DNA of 64,000 nt from the human T2T-CHM13v2.0 reference genome, Homo sapiens. The stretch's first letter is position 1. Every line of letters starts with the position of its first letter. Below, piece after piece: positions 1-15,297 of the stretch. The stretch is taken from NCBI RefSeq assembly GCF_009914755.1, contig NC_060936.1; one strand, 5' to 3'. Position numbers and translations under genes: made by a program. The notes beneath the pieces are model-generated. The model made no database searches. It saw only the letters and a list, made by a program, of their open reading frames with translations, and was not told where the DNA came from.

Positions 1-1200
1 AAAACTTTATCCTGAAAAAAAATGTATCTTCTCTTCAAATGCCTATGAAAGTTTATAAAATAGATGATATATTTGACTACAGAAAAGTTCAATAAAGTCC
101 AAAAAGTAAAAATAATGTAGTTGAAATTCTTTAATCATTTAATCACTTTAACAAAGTGAAAATTTAATGGAAATTTTCAGAAAACTAGAAGACACTTAGG
201 TTTAGGAATTAAAAAAAAATCTTTTGAAGAACTGTTGGATCAAATGGATTACAGAAAAAATTTGCAAAATTTCTAAAGACTAGCAATAGTGAAATACTAC
301 ATCTCAGAAACCATGAAAGACAAAACTATGCTCAGAGGAATATTGGAATAAAAGTTACAAACCAAACCAAATAAACCAAAAAAGGATAAAGATAAAAGTA
401 GACTTCAAATAGTTAGAACAAAGAAAACACTGGAACAAATCAGAAGTAAAAAGTAAACAATAAAATAAATGAGTCACTATCTAACCTAATCAAAAATGGG
501 GAGTAATGCAAGTACGCAAATATTAATACAAAAGGAAATGCAAGAATTAACCATAGAAAGATGAAATTATAGTAACAGACTACCTGTTCAACTCCATGAG
601 AAAATAAATTTGTAAATCTGTCTGAAATTGATAATTTTCTAGGAAAAAAAAATTTACTTGGCCCAGAGAAGATGATTCTAACAAGATTAAGTTTGATCAA
701 ATAAATACAATATAATGCTTCAAAATGCAAGCAAAACTTTTACATTTTTCAAAAATACCAAGTTCAGATAATTTCCAGAGGAATTCTACCAAACTCCTTA
801 AAAGCAGACAATTTCATGTTACTTAAACACTTCCAGAGCAGAGAAAAAGAAAGAAAATTTTCCATATGACTTTTATGATGCACATAAAGTATTTACACCA
901 ATAGTTTCAAGGATTACAAGGGTGGCAAATAAGAAATCACAGACCAATCTCACTTAAGAATATCAAGGAAAAATTCTAAATAAAATATTAGCCAAAATAA
1001 TCCATCAGCACACTAAAGGAATATAATTCACCATGACAGAAATGCAAGAACAGTTCAATATTAGTACTATACATAATATATAATACATATTATCATATTG
1101 ATAGATTTAAGGATAAAAATCACATGGTCACCTCTATAGACCCTGAAAAGGCATTTGATAAAATTGAATGACCTTTCTTAACAAAACAACCAATAAAATA
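1..1200 (+). mobile_element. Old, highly degenerate L1M ORF2 fragment
   Basis: A-rich with L1 ORF2-like motifs (acagaccaatctcactta, gaaaaggcatttgataaaatt) and no intact frame. Confidence 0.7.
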
Positions 1201-1209
1201 AAAATTAAA

Positions 1210-1515
1210 AAAAAAAAAATCCTGTCATTTGTGGTAACTTGGATGGAACTGGAGGACATTATGTTAAGTGAAATAAGCCAGGAACAGAAAGTTCAACACC
1301 ATATATTTTCACTCATATGTGGAAGCTTAAAAACGCTGATCTCAAATAAGTAAAAAGTAGAACAGAGGATACTAGAGGGTGAGAAAGGTGGGGGTAAAGG
1401 AGAGATGGAGAGAGATTTTTTTAAAGAATACAAAATTACAGCTAGATAGGTGGAACAAGATCTAGGGTTCTATACTACGTAGGATGTAGGATGACTATAG
1501 TTAATCATAATATGT
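1210..1515 (+). mobile_element. L1MA-type 3' end fragment
   Basis: Encodes ILSFVVTWMELEDIMLSEISQ (ORF2 C-terminus), followed by the 3' UTR motif aatacaaaattacagctagatagg. Confidence 0.75.
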
Positions 1516-1519
1516 TAAT

Positions 1520-1745
1520 GATGAATCTGTAAATTACTTTGGGCAGTATGGCCATTTTAATGATATTGATACTTCTAGTCTATGGGCATGGAATTTTTTT
1601 TCATTCAAATTACCAATGTCATTTTTCACAGAGTTTGAAAAAACTATTCTAAAATTCATGTGATACAACAACAAAAAACGTCCAAATAGCAAAGCAAAAA
1701 GAACAAAGCCAGAAGCATCACATGACCTGACTTTCAACTATACTG
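1520..1745. mobile_element. L1 ORF2 fragment with 5' inversion (1520-1600 minus, 1601-1745 plus)
   Basis: Two adjacent consecutive pieces of L1 ORF2 lie in opposite orientations. Confidence 0.7.
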
Positions 1746-4700
1746 GACATTAGAGAGCCGGGCTTAGGGAAATACAGGGGTAGAGGAAGCAGCAGAAAGG
1801 CCCTGTGAGCTCGCTGGGTCCCCAAGCAGCCCATTCCTGCCTGGCACCACAGGGATCCATCAGTGGGGTGGCCAGAGGAGGGGGTAAAACTGCACAGGGA
1901 GAAAGAATTCTCTAGCTGAACTCTGTAACAATTTGAATGGGGCTAGAAGCCTCCTGGCCAGAACTCAGGGGAGGGCACGAATCCGGCTTGGAGACTTCAC
2001 AGGTAGGGGAAGAACTAAAGCCCTTTTCTTTTGCAGCTGGGAGGTGGAAAGCTTTGGGCAACTTTTCGAGCCTGACTCGCCCTCCACCTGGAAACAGACT
2101 GTTGCAGGGGGGCACGGTGGGAGTGAGACTGGCCATTCAGTTTGTGTGGGAGCTGGGTGAGGCCTGTTACTGCCAGCTTTCCCCCACTTCCCTGACAACA
2201 TGCATGACTTAGTTGAGGCAGCCATAATCCTCCTAGGCACATAACTCCAGTGACCCGGGACCTCACGCCCACCCCCCACAGCAGTCGCAGCAAGACCAGC
2301 CCAAGGAGAGTCTGAGCTCAGACACGCCTAGCCCCACCCCCACCTGATGGTCCCTCCCTACCCACCCTGGTAGTGGGTGACAAAGGACATATAATTGTGG
2401 GAGTTCTAGGACCCCGCCCACTGCTGGTCCCCCTCCACATTACTACAGCTGATGCTTTCTGGAAAGCTCCACCTCCTGACAGGAGGCCATCAGCACAAGA
2501 GCATTAAACCACCAAAGCTAAGGACCCCCACAGAGTCTATTCCACCCTCTGCCACCTCACCAAAACAGATGCTGGTATCCATGGCTGAGAGACCCACAGA
2601 CAGTTCACATCACAGGACTCTGTGCAGACAGCCCCCAGTACCAGCCCAAAGCCAGGTAGGCTCACTGGGTGAATGAACCCGGAAGAGAGACAACAATCAC
2701 TGCACTTCAGCTCACTGGAAGCCACATCCACAGTAAAAGGGGGAGAGTACTACATCAAGGAACACCCCATGGGACAAAAAAATCTGAACAACATCCTTCA
2801 GCCCTTGACTTTCCCTGTGACAGAAACTGCCCAAATGAGAAGGAACCAGAAAACCAACCCTGGTAATATGAAAAAACAAGGCTCATCAACACCCACTAAA
2901 AATCACACTAGTTCACCAGCAATGGATCCAAACCAAGAAGAAATCCCTGATTTACCTGAAAAAGAATTCAAGAGGTTAGTTATTAAGCTAATCAGGGAAA
3001 GACCAGATAAAAGGCAAAGGCCAATGCAAGAAAATCCAAAATATGTTACAAGAAGTGAAGGGAAAAATATTCAAGGAAATAGATATCTTAAAAAACAATC
3101 AAATATTCAGGAAACTTCAGACACATTTTTAGAAATGCAAAATGCTCTGGAAATTCTCAGCAATATAATTGAATAAGTAGAAGAAAGAAACTCAGAGCTT
3201 GAAGACAAGGTCTTTGAATTAACCTTGTCTAACAAAGACAAAGAAAAAAGAAAAAGAAAATATGAACAAAGCCTCCAAGAAGTCTGGGATTATGTTAAAT
3301 GACCAAACCTAAGAATAATCGGTGTTTCTTAGGAAGAAGACATTTCTAAAAGCTTGGAAAACATATCTGGGGGAATAACCAAGCAAAACTTCCCCAGCCT
3401 TGCCGGAGTCCTAGACATGCAAATATAAGAAGCACTAAGAACACCTGGGAATTCCTGGCAAAAAGTTCTTCTCCTGAGCACATTGTCATCAGGTTATCCA
3501 AATTAAGACAAGGGAAAGAATCTTAAGACCTGTGAGACAGAAGCACCAGTTAACCTATAAAGGAAAAGCTATCAGATTAACAGCAGATTTCTCAGCAAAA
3601 ACCCTACAAGCTAGAAAGCATTTGGGCCCTATATTCAGCCTCCTAAAACAAAACAATTATCAGCCAAGAGTTTTGTATCCAGCGAAACTAAGCATCATTT
3701 ATGAAGGAAAGATACAGTCTTTTTCAGACAAACAAATGCTGAGAGAATTCACCATTACCAAATCACTACCACAAGAACTGCTAAAAAGAGCTCCAAATCT
3801 TGAAACAAATCCTGGAAACACATCAAAAAGAATCTCTTTAAAGCATAAATCACACAGGACTTATGAAACAAAAATGCAAGTTAAAAAGCTAAAACAAACA
3901 AAAAAAACAAAATGAAAATACACAGGCAACAAAGAGCATGATGAATGCAATGGTACCTCACATTTCAATACTAACATTGAAGGTAAATGGCCTAAATGCT
4001 CCACTTAAAAGATACAGAACCACAGAATGCATAAGAACTCACCAACCATCTGCTGCCTTCAGGAGACTCACCTAACACATAAGCATTCATATAAACTTAG
4101 AGTAAATAGGTAGAAAAAGGCATTTCATGCAAATGTACACCAAAAGCGAGCAGGGTTAGCTATTCTTATATCAGACAAAACAAACTTTAAAGCAACCACA
4201 GTTAAAAGAGACAAAGAGGGACAGTATATAATGGTAAAAAGCCTTGTCCAACAGGAAACTATCACAAACCTAAACATATATGCACCTAACACTGGGGCTC
4301 CCAAAGTTATAAAACAATTACTAAAAGACCTAAAAAATGAGATAGACAGCAACACAATAATAGTAGGGGACTTCAATACTCTGCTGACAGCACTAGACAG
4401 GTCATCAAGACAGAAAGTCAACTGAGAAACAATGAATTTAAACTATACCTTGGAGCAAATGGACTTAACAGATATATCTAGAACATTTCATCCAGCAACC
4501 ACAGAATACACATTCCACTCAACAGTGCCTGGAACTTTCTCCAAGATAGACCATATGACAGGCCATAAAATGAGCCTCAATAAAGTTAAGAAAATTGAAA
4601 TTATATCAAACACTCTCTCAGACTACAATGGATTAAAACTGAAAATCAACTCCAAAAGGAACCTTCAAAACCACACAAATACATGGAAATTAAATAACCT

Positions 4701-5535
4701 GCTCCTGAATGAGTGTTGGGTCAAAAATGAAACCAAGATGGAAATTAAAAAAATTCTTTGAACTGAATGACAGTAATGACACAACCTATCAAAACCTCTG
4801 GGATACAGCTAAGGCTGTGCTAAGAGGAAAGTTCCCAGCCTGCCTACATCAAAAAGTCTGAAAGAGCACACACACAATCTAAGGTCACACCTCAAGGAAC
4901 TAGAGAAACAAGAACAAGCCAAACCCACACTCAGCAGAAGACAGGAAATAACCAAGATCAGAGCAGAACTAAATGAAATTGAAACAAAAAAATTACAAAA
5001 GATGAATGAAACAAAAAGCTGGTTCTTTGGAAATACAAATAAAATTGATAGACCATTAGCAAGATTAACCAAGAAAAGAAAGAAAATCCAAATAACTTCA
5101 TGGAGACATGAAACGGGAGATATTACAACAGATACCACTGAAACACAAAAGATCATTCAAGGGTACTATGAACACCTTTACACACATAATCTAGAAAACC
5201 TAGAAGACATGGATGAATTCCTGGAAAAATACAACCCTTGTAGCTTAAATCAGGAATAATTAGATACCCTGAACAGACCAATAATAAGCAGTGAGATTAA
5301 AATGGTAGTTAATAAATTACTGACCAAAAATCCAGGATCAGATGGATTCACAGCAGAATTCTATCAGACGTTCAAAGAAGAATTGGTACCAATCCTTTTG
5401 ACACTATTCCACAAGATAGAGAAAGAAGGACCTCTCCCTAATTCATTATATGAAGCCAGCATTATGCTAATACCAAAACTAGGACAGGACACAACCAAAA
5501 AAGATAACTACAGACCTATATCCTTGATGAACACA
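1746..5535 (+). mobile_element. L1PB-type LINE-1: 5' UTR, ORF1, ORF2 endonuclease; 3'-truncated and inactive
   Basis: GC-rich 5' UTR at about 1750-2800. ORF1 remnants MDPNQEEIPDLPEKEF and YKGKAIRLTADFS. ORF2 endonuclease remnants NIYAPNTGAP, IVGDFNT, FSKIDH and SDYNGLKL, then [23 protein letters not shown]. Multiple stops and frameshifts. Confidence 0.92.
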
Positions 5536-5744
5536 GTCATCCTTAAAATTAAAAATATTTTAACAGCTCTTGGGGTGACTATAAATGGTTAATCTAAGCA
5601 TAGTTGAATCCCTCAGACTAACTTGAAGCAGAAGACCAAAATATCTTAGCGTCTTCTTGAACATATTAAGCTATTCACAAATGTCCCTCTTGAGTTCATT
5701 TAACCTGTTTTTCTTATGTTGTAGCCGCCTTTCTTGACTCTCTA

Positions 5745-5960
5745 CAGCATGGTGCTTATAAACCAGGCGCTTATAAACACAGGCTTTGGAGATCACTTAA
5801 ACCTGCACCGTTTATTGTCTCTATGACCTTGGACCAAGTGCCTGAGTTTCCTCATGTGTAAAATGGAGATAATACAAATTTCATAGATTTGCTATGATGA
5901 TTGAATGCGTTACTGTACATAAAGCTCTTAGCCTGGCATACAGTCAAAGCTACAGAAATA
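5745..5960 (+). mobile_element. MIR SINE
   Basis: Core motif tgaccttgga..gagtttcctcatgtgtaaaatggagataata. Confidence 0.7.
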
Positions 5961-7215
5961 ATAAGCCTCTCTACTCCTACTGCTACATTGACTACTGAGT
6001 GTCAATTCCTAGTGGTGTGAGTTTTCACTGGGTTCTGAACTCCGGCATGTTTTGATGGACACTTTAGTTACTAATCTTGAGCAAGAGGTGGAGGGAGAAC
6101 TATCATCTTCAGTCAGTTCAAGTGGCAATTGTACTTTTACTATTTAGGCAGTCAATCACAAATTTATGCTAATTTTCTACCTTTGAATTAAAACTTCTCT
6201 GATTAAATACATTGGCTGTCTACTTAACAATTCTTCCACTCTTTAATTCAAATATAATGTTCGTTGTGCCTCAAAACGTCATCAGCATTTTTAGCACCTT
6301 TATACCAAACATCTTTTTATTATGAAATGCAATTTACTTCAGTCTTACTAAGAACTATCTCATAGTATCTCTGTGTTAGTCTATATAGTCTCTCCCAGTT
6401 AGTGTAATCAAGATATTATAAGTGATTTTTTCTTATATTACCATTGCAATTGTAAAAAACATCCTTTTCAATGTCACAAATCCATATTATTAACAATAAA
6501 ATTAATATCACCTCATACAATGTATAAATTATTCAAATAAACATGTAGAAGGCTTTGAAAAGTTATATATTTGAAAATTATACTGATCAGGTGTAACTAC
6601 ACTGCTCAGGTATAATTTTCAAATCTTAGAGAAGATTAGAAAGTTAAGATTGACTTTCTGATGACCATTGACAAATTCTTTGTTATTAATAAATTGATCT
6701 CTAAATTACCCCAGATAACATACAACCAAAGATTATAAGGGAAATATTAGTAAAACTATAAATTATGTTTAATCCTTGGGAAGTAAACAATAAATTTTTA
6801 ATTAAAAAAACTAAATTTCTCATTTTAACGATGTTGCGATACAAATCAAAAGAAAAATTAAGGTTACTCTTGTTATTAAATAAATGTTTAATGTGCACAT
6901 TATGGAGTAAGCATTGGCTTTGCCCCTTGGGGATATAGGGGTAAAAAGTAAGCCCTGAGATAGATTGTAATCCCCTAAACAAACTGAGACATATAAAATA
7001 ATTACAATGTAACATTTCACGATAAGGGCTGTGCTAGGAGAGTTCAGGGAAAGATGACCACACAAACTATTTTGCGTTTTAATTAAGCTTTGAAGAAAGG
7101 TAGAAGTTCAATAGACAAAAATGGTTAACAAAATGATTTTAATTGAAAGGAATAATATGAGAAACTACTAGAAAGAAATAGTAGAGCCTGTTTGTAGAAC
7201 TAAACATACGAATGA

Positions 7216-8633
<1,418 letters not shown>

Positions 8634-9453
8634 AAAGTATAGAATAAAAGTGGGAAATAAAACAGTAATAAGAAGTTACAATACAAGGCTGAGAAATTTA
8701 GACCTTTTTTCATAAGCAATGGAAATCTCTGAAAGGCATTTTGATCAAAAAATAATCTTATGAAAGTTGTCGTCTGAAACTTACATTGGTAATGGTATAC
8801 AAATAGATTTGGATTCTGTGCAGGGGGTGGGAGGAGTGAATGAATGTCCTAGTAGTTTAGGCAAAACGTTTATATGAGTTTGAATTAGCTGCTATGGGAT
8901 GAGAAAAAAGAGATTAGTGCAAATTGACCACTTACTACGTGACAACTTTTGAATTTTATCAGTTAATCATCTCAACCACCTATCTCAAAAAGTAACTATT
9001 ATTTCCATTTTATATAAAGTTGATTAATTTAGTCATGATGACACAGTCATGAATAGTAGTGCTGGGCCTTGAACCCCAGGTTCACTGATTTCTAAAGGCC
9101 ACACTTTTAATCTCTATGACCTCTAATACTTTAAGCTCATTATAGTGAATGCTAAGGAGAAAATTGGAGCCAAAAATGGCACTGAGGTTTTAAGCTTAAG
9201 TTGTTGAGAAAATAATGGTATCAATCAAAACAAAATATGAAATATTAGGGGAAGAGTTAGTTAAAGATTAGACACAAATCCCATCTCTATGTAACCAACT
9301 GCCTCCTGAAGAGCATTAAGATTCTTCAACATTATCTGAAGAATGTTTCTTCTACTTGTTATTTATTGGTCCTGTTTTAGTTTTTAAATGTTTGATTGTT
9401 CCTGTGCTGAGCTTTTTCCAACTGAACTCACTGAAATTCTATTCTTTTATCAG

Positions 9454-9548
9454 GTGAGAAGTTTCCAGACAAGAAGCCTAAGGTGCAGTTAGTCATATCC
9501 TACGAGGATGTGAAGCTGACCATACTAGTGAAACACATGAAAAACATT
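9454..9548 (+). CDS. PIK3C2G: PIK3C2G third-to-last coding exon (start of C-terminal C2 domain)
   Basis: Acceptor ttcttttatcag| and donor |gtaagt. The 95 nt (2 nt + 31 codons) read (G)EKFPDKKPKVQLVISYEDVKLTILVKHMKNI and splice in frame to 40359. Gene identity is from recognition of the protein sequence. Confidence 0.95.
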
Positions 9549-10789
9549 GTAAGTTTATTATGTATAATAAGAAACATGTAAGCCTACATCCAGAAATCAC
9601 TTACCTCCTTTGGGCAATTAGTGTCAACATTAGCTAGAAGAATGGGTATCTCCGCCAAGTTTAAGTAAGAAACAATGAGCCAATTACAATATTTTTGCCT
9701 CGGGATGATTGTGATCCTTGGGGTAAAGACTCTAAAATACTTCACAAGGAAAGTCCTAGAATGAACATTAAACTTTATTCAAAATGTCAGGAAAAAGACT
9801 AGGGAAAAGGCTCTGAAAAAGCAGGATTAGCTGGAGGATTGAAGGGTAAAAGAAAAAAGGCTGGGTCCCATATTTCCTTCTCCTCAAAAAATAATAGTGT
9901 TTTGAGAATGGAAACCCCATCTTTGTTTCCGTTTCCCCATCCCAGAACCTAGAACAAAATCTGTAGTTAGCCTCCAAAGAAAACTAAAAGTTCCACTCTC
10001 TATTACATGCCACTTAAGGTTGGGGCAAGTCAGAGGCAATGATGGTAACTGGGCCATATCATTAAGAAAGAGAGGAAGCATTCTGTGTCACAGGATAAGT
10101 GACTAATGACCCGAGTTGGGGTGCAGCAAACATAGAAGGAAAACACGAAACCTCACCAACTATTTTAATCTTCCTTGAGCCTAGACAAAATGGGTTCTCC
10201 ACGTGGTATAACTTCCCAGGAGACTATATCAGGTGTGGAGAAAGTCAGTAACACAATTTTTGCTCTCTTCTTTGTGCACATAAATCTCTGAGGATGCCTT
10301 TGGAAGGATCTAAAAGAGCAAACTCTTCTCCATATGACACACATCCATAACATATTGAAACAATAAATATTTGTTTGGTGAACAAATAATTGGCATAATT
10401 TGAAGAGAATATGTTCATTACAAATTCATTATTAGTCAGACATCCAAGAAGGCGTGTTTGCAAACCTCTGGTGCTCACTATCAGCAATTTTTGTAGTATC
10501 TGGGCAAATATTTTAACATTTTCTTGCAAATCTTTTTCTAATTAAAACAATTATTTTCCATTGTTTTTCATTAGATAATCAATCTTAAATGAGAATAGCA
10601 GTTTTTAAAGAAACCCTTACATTGCAAAATGAAGATTCAGTTAGACATTATTTATGGCTATATGCATGTTGATGGACTTTAAGCAACTATATAAACATAT
10701 ATGATAAAACAATAGAATATTAAGAAATATTAATCAAGTTAACAGAACTTACATATGTACTTCATATATGAAAATTAGTCTTGAACATA

Positions 10790-11090
10790 GTCCTTTTAGA
10801 AATGATATATTTATTCCAGTAATGTTATCATTGCTCAAAACATTTTAGAGCACACCTGATGAAATTGCTTTTAGACTGGGCATGTAAACCACACAGTAAA
10901 CTTGGTGATATTACTCAATGGTCACTCCTAGTTTTTGATCAGAAGTGATATTAACCAACCTAGTCATCCATTTCATTCACCAGATGAATCACCAAATTAC
11001 TTTTGACAGTTTTCAAAAATGCATTTTACACTCAGATGAAATTACAGTACCAATGAAGATCTTCAAAGTGAATGTCATGCAAGCATGAAG
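10790..11090. mobile_element. Ancient mariner-derived element (MARNA-like)
   Basis: 10965-11033 translates to HPFHSPDESPNYF*QFSKMHFTL, similar to the mariner motif HPPYSPDLAPxDFxLF. The left part matches the transposase C-terminus on the opposite strand. Confidence 0.55.
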
Positions 11091-11259
11091 CAGGGATAGG
11101 AGGAGTGAATGGGAAAGAGCAAGAGTTTCAGATTGAGATCAAGTTATAGGTAAATAGAAAATGACCAAATGACCCTAAAAAATGTGAAAAAACACTTAGG
11201 GCCATGAGAACCTCTATAATACCAATGCTCTCAAAAAGAGTTACTAATGATGTAGTAAT

Positions 11260-12395
11260 ACTTGTTTCAGTCTGCCTTCTCAGTTTACTTGCTAGTTCCT
11301 CTCTTCTCCCTAATCTCTTAACATTGAAAGATTTTAGTGCCTTAAAATTCAATCCTAGGCCTCTCCTTTTTCTACCTCAAGCCTCATGGCTTTAAACATT
11401 ACTTACTTGTTTTTCTTTTCCAAATCTACAATTCCAGCTTGGAAATCTCATCTGAAATCCAGAGTTATATGTACAGCTGACTATCAACAACTCTAGTATA
11501 AGTATAATAAGTGTCTCAGACTCAATATGCACCAAAATTCTCGTGACTGCCCCACTAAACCTACATCGTTTGCCACCTTTTTCATCTCAGTAAATAGCAC
11601 CTTCATTCTCTAGTTACTCAGGTTAAAAACCTAGAGTCATTTTGACTCCTCTCCTTCCCCACAAGCTACATCCATATTACCAGCAAATTCTGTCATTCTG
11701 CTTTCAAAATAAATCCAGAACACACCAACTTTCTCCTCCACTGCTTCCACTTTTGGTTGAAGTCACCAGCATCTCTTACTTGAATTACTGCTATAGTTTC
11801 TTAACAGTTGTCCCTGCTTCTGTCCTTCTTTATAATCTCTTTTTAATCTAGCAGCCTGAATGTTCCTTTGAGAATAAAAGTCAGATCCTGTCATTCCTCT
11901 CTTCATATCCCTTTGCGGAAGGAGTCTTATATCAGTTGCAATGAAAGCCAAGGTACTTGTTAATGACCTGTGAGACCCTGTCAATCTTCACTTCTTGGCC
12001 TCTTAACCTCATCTCCAGCCACAGACTCCCTCAGTCACTCCGTGCCAGCCTCAGTGCCTTCTTTGCTGTTCCTTGAATATGGCAGGCATGTTGCTGCCCC
12101 AGGACCTTTGTATCTGCTACTCCATTTACCTAGAATGTTCTTCCCAAGCTCATGGATCAATATTCTCTGTGGCTCAATCTCACATGTCCCGAATGCTTGT
12201 ATTTTACTCTCACCTTTTCAGTAAAGTCCTATCTGACTCCCAAATTTAAAACTACAACACTGCTCCTCTTTGTTGTCACTTTTAACCTTTCTTTTCTACT
12301 TTCTTTCCTCCCCTGTGCCACTGCTATAACCCAAGGTGTATAGAATAGGGCCAAGTATATAGTAGGTACTCAGTAAAGCCTTGGTTAAATAAAAG
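11260..12395 (+). mobile_element. L2 LINE 3' portion
   Basis: Typical L2 motifs (aaaacctagagtcattttgactcctct, cagcaaattctgtcattctgctttcaaaat) and a tail tagtaggtactcagtaaa. Confidence 0.75.
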
Positions 12396-14879
12396 AATGT
12401 CGACTTACTTCTCATGTGAACAACTAAGGACTAGGATGTTTTCATCTTCCAAAAATCATCACAGCAAAGTTATGCATTGCATTTTCCACAGCTTCCTTTA
12501 AATGATTATTTTGTTTCTTCTGCTTAAAACAACTTTCTACTATAAATGACATAAAAATCCATCTATAAATTCTCAACATATTTTATTTGCTAATTTCAAG
12601 TTTTAGCTAATTGTTATTTGTCGATCCTTTAGTATGTTCCCATACCAAAATAATTAGACTAACATTGTGCTGGATTTTACATTAATATTAAAATGAATTA
12701 TTATGCCTAGAGTTCTGTTATGTTTAATGTTAAGTTTGATGAAAAGTATTGTTTATCTTTTATTAAATCTATGAAGCTTTGCTCTGAGAGTTACTTTCCT
12801 CCTGTGAGATCACAAACTAAAATAAAATTGCTAAAATTCTTTCCCTTTCAAAGCATCACAATATGATTCACTCTAGCACACAGAGACTGATGAAGTAGTG
12901 CAAGTATTTAAAAGCTTGGCCATGATTTTCTAAAACACCATTTCAGTTTATATGACAAAGAAACATATAAAGAACAGTTAGATTTGAAATATTTTTAAAA
13001 ACTCTCTCTAGCACTTTTCCATGTATCCGTCCTTAAAATGCTCTCTTTCATTGATGTCTACAATGTCTCTCCATGCATTTTATGCTGACTTCATGGATTT
13101 TTTTCTAGTCTGTGTAGTTTCTAGGCTGCTCTCTTCTCCCTGCTCCAGAATGTTCGCATTCCAGAAGGTGCTAAACATAACCAATAGGATGAAACTCTCT
13201 TCTGATATTGAATCTACCCACACTTTCTTAGGCTCTTAGAACAAGGAGCAAGAAATGTCAGGAAAGATAGAAGACAACTCAAAGGTGGTACCTTCAATCC
13301 TTTCATAAGACAAAAGATGGGAAAAGTAGTTTCTATATGAAAATTAACATGAGAGAGAGAGAAGTAGAGTCAAACACAAGAACCCCCCCACACACTAAAA
13401 CTGTATTACTTTTAATTTTTTTATTTAAACTCTTCTTTTACATTTTTAATGTGTCTGAGTGTAGCCTGGGGGTCCTTGTTTTTAAAATACATATTTCTGG
13501 GTGCCACTCCTAGTAATTTTGATTCTGTAAGTATAGATTGGGCTATCTGCATCTGCACAATACAGGCATCTCTTGGTCCCATGGATTCCTCTACCGTCTC
13601 TTTCATTTCTAGACTTCTTTCCTCTCTCCTGCTGCATAATATGAGCATTCCAGAAGCCTCTCTGGTGCAAATGGTTCATGGACCACTTTGAAAAAATAAC
13701 CCAAGTGGCTAGTACCCTAATGTCCCAAATGGCACTCTACACACAATGTGGTGAGTTCGGTACTTGGCACCAAGTAAATTGTGGTGCCTTTGATGTAGAA
13801 CAAAGACAACACTTGGACTTGGTGAAGATAACAACTGAGGGTTGTGAAAATAAAGCACAGACAATGGCAATGTTTGACATATAAAAACAACATGTTCTGC
13901 ATATCTTTTTAAAATTAACTTGGCTGAGTCCTCTGATAGTCTTAATTTTTTGTTGTTTTTTAAAATCTAGATTCTTAAAGGAAATTTGTCTTTGTTTCAT
14001 CCTAGATGCACTTCAATCTAAATAAATGTCAATTTTTAAAATAAAGGATGATTTCCTAATAACAATCGTCTTATCAAATGTGTTTTTCCTTCATTCCGTG
14101 AATGAAAATTGTTCTTCCAGAGTTGGCCCATTTTGACATTGATCTACCATTTCAAAGAATAAGATACAAAGCAAAGGATAGTGAAGAGTACCTGTCCAGA
14201 TCTGGATATTCTACTGTGTTTCATGACTTTTTTTGCCAAAGAAACATTGACCCTCAAAGATGACCTATTATTTTTTAATGAAATAAACCATTAATTGTTC
14301 TAAAACCTGTTATCAGTGACCTCTTTCTAACAGCTAACAAACACCTTTAACTAGCCCTTCCTTTTTGAACATTTTGTTACCAGCTTTTTCATGAAACTTC
14401 ACTGGACATTGGCACCAAGCTAATTGTGTCTGCACATTCTCTAAACTACTTGGACAGCACTATTTCTGAGGCTTCCTTGGCTCTTGTAAATTTAAGATAG
14501 ATGTATGTGTAGTGGCTTAATAAATGTTGGCTTTACCCTTAGCTCTTAAATGTGAAGATTTTCCAGTATTCAGGGCTTTAACTTTTGAAACTAATTTCCT
14601 AAGAAATTTTATCCAGTCTTGAAACTTCAAAGATAATATGAATTACTATTAAATTTACATCTCTACATTCAATCTTTCTCTGACCTTCATTTACATGTTT
14701 CCAACTGCCTGATGGGCATTTACAGTCCAATATCTTGCCATCTCTTTAAACTGAACAGTTATACAATATGGCCCTCTGCTTACCACTGAAACCATCTTTC
14801 ATTCTGAATTACTTATTTCTATAAATTGTTGCACCATCATCAAGTAATTCCTGATCAAAACTTCTCTATAATTACTTTT

Positions 14880-15248
14880 CTTTTCTTTTCTTTTATTATT
14901 TCAATGCTTTTTAGGGAACAGGTGCTTTTTGGCTGCATGGAAAAGTTCCCTAGTGGTGATTTCTGAGATTTTGGTGCAATTCGTCACCCAAGCAGTGTAC
15001 ACTGTACCCAATGTGTAGTCTTTTATTTCTCACCCACTTCCCACCCTTCCCCCCAAGTCCCTAAATTTCATTATATCATTATTATTCCTTTGTGTCCTCA
15101 TAGCTTAGCTCTCACCTATACATGAGAATATAAAATGTTTAGTTTCCCATTCCTGAGTTGCTTCACTTAAAATAATGATCTCCAGCTCCATGCAGGTTTC
15201 TGCCAATGCCATTATTTCATTTGTTTTTATGGCTGAGTAGTATTCCAC

Positions 15249-15297
<49 letters not shown>

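Noticed and set aside
2673-5592. ORFs of 96-167 aa as protein-coding genes
   Set aside because: They are broken L1 ORF1/ORF2 pieces with stops and frameshifts.
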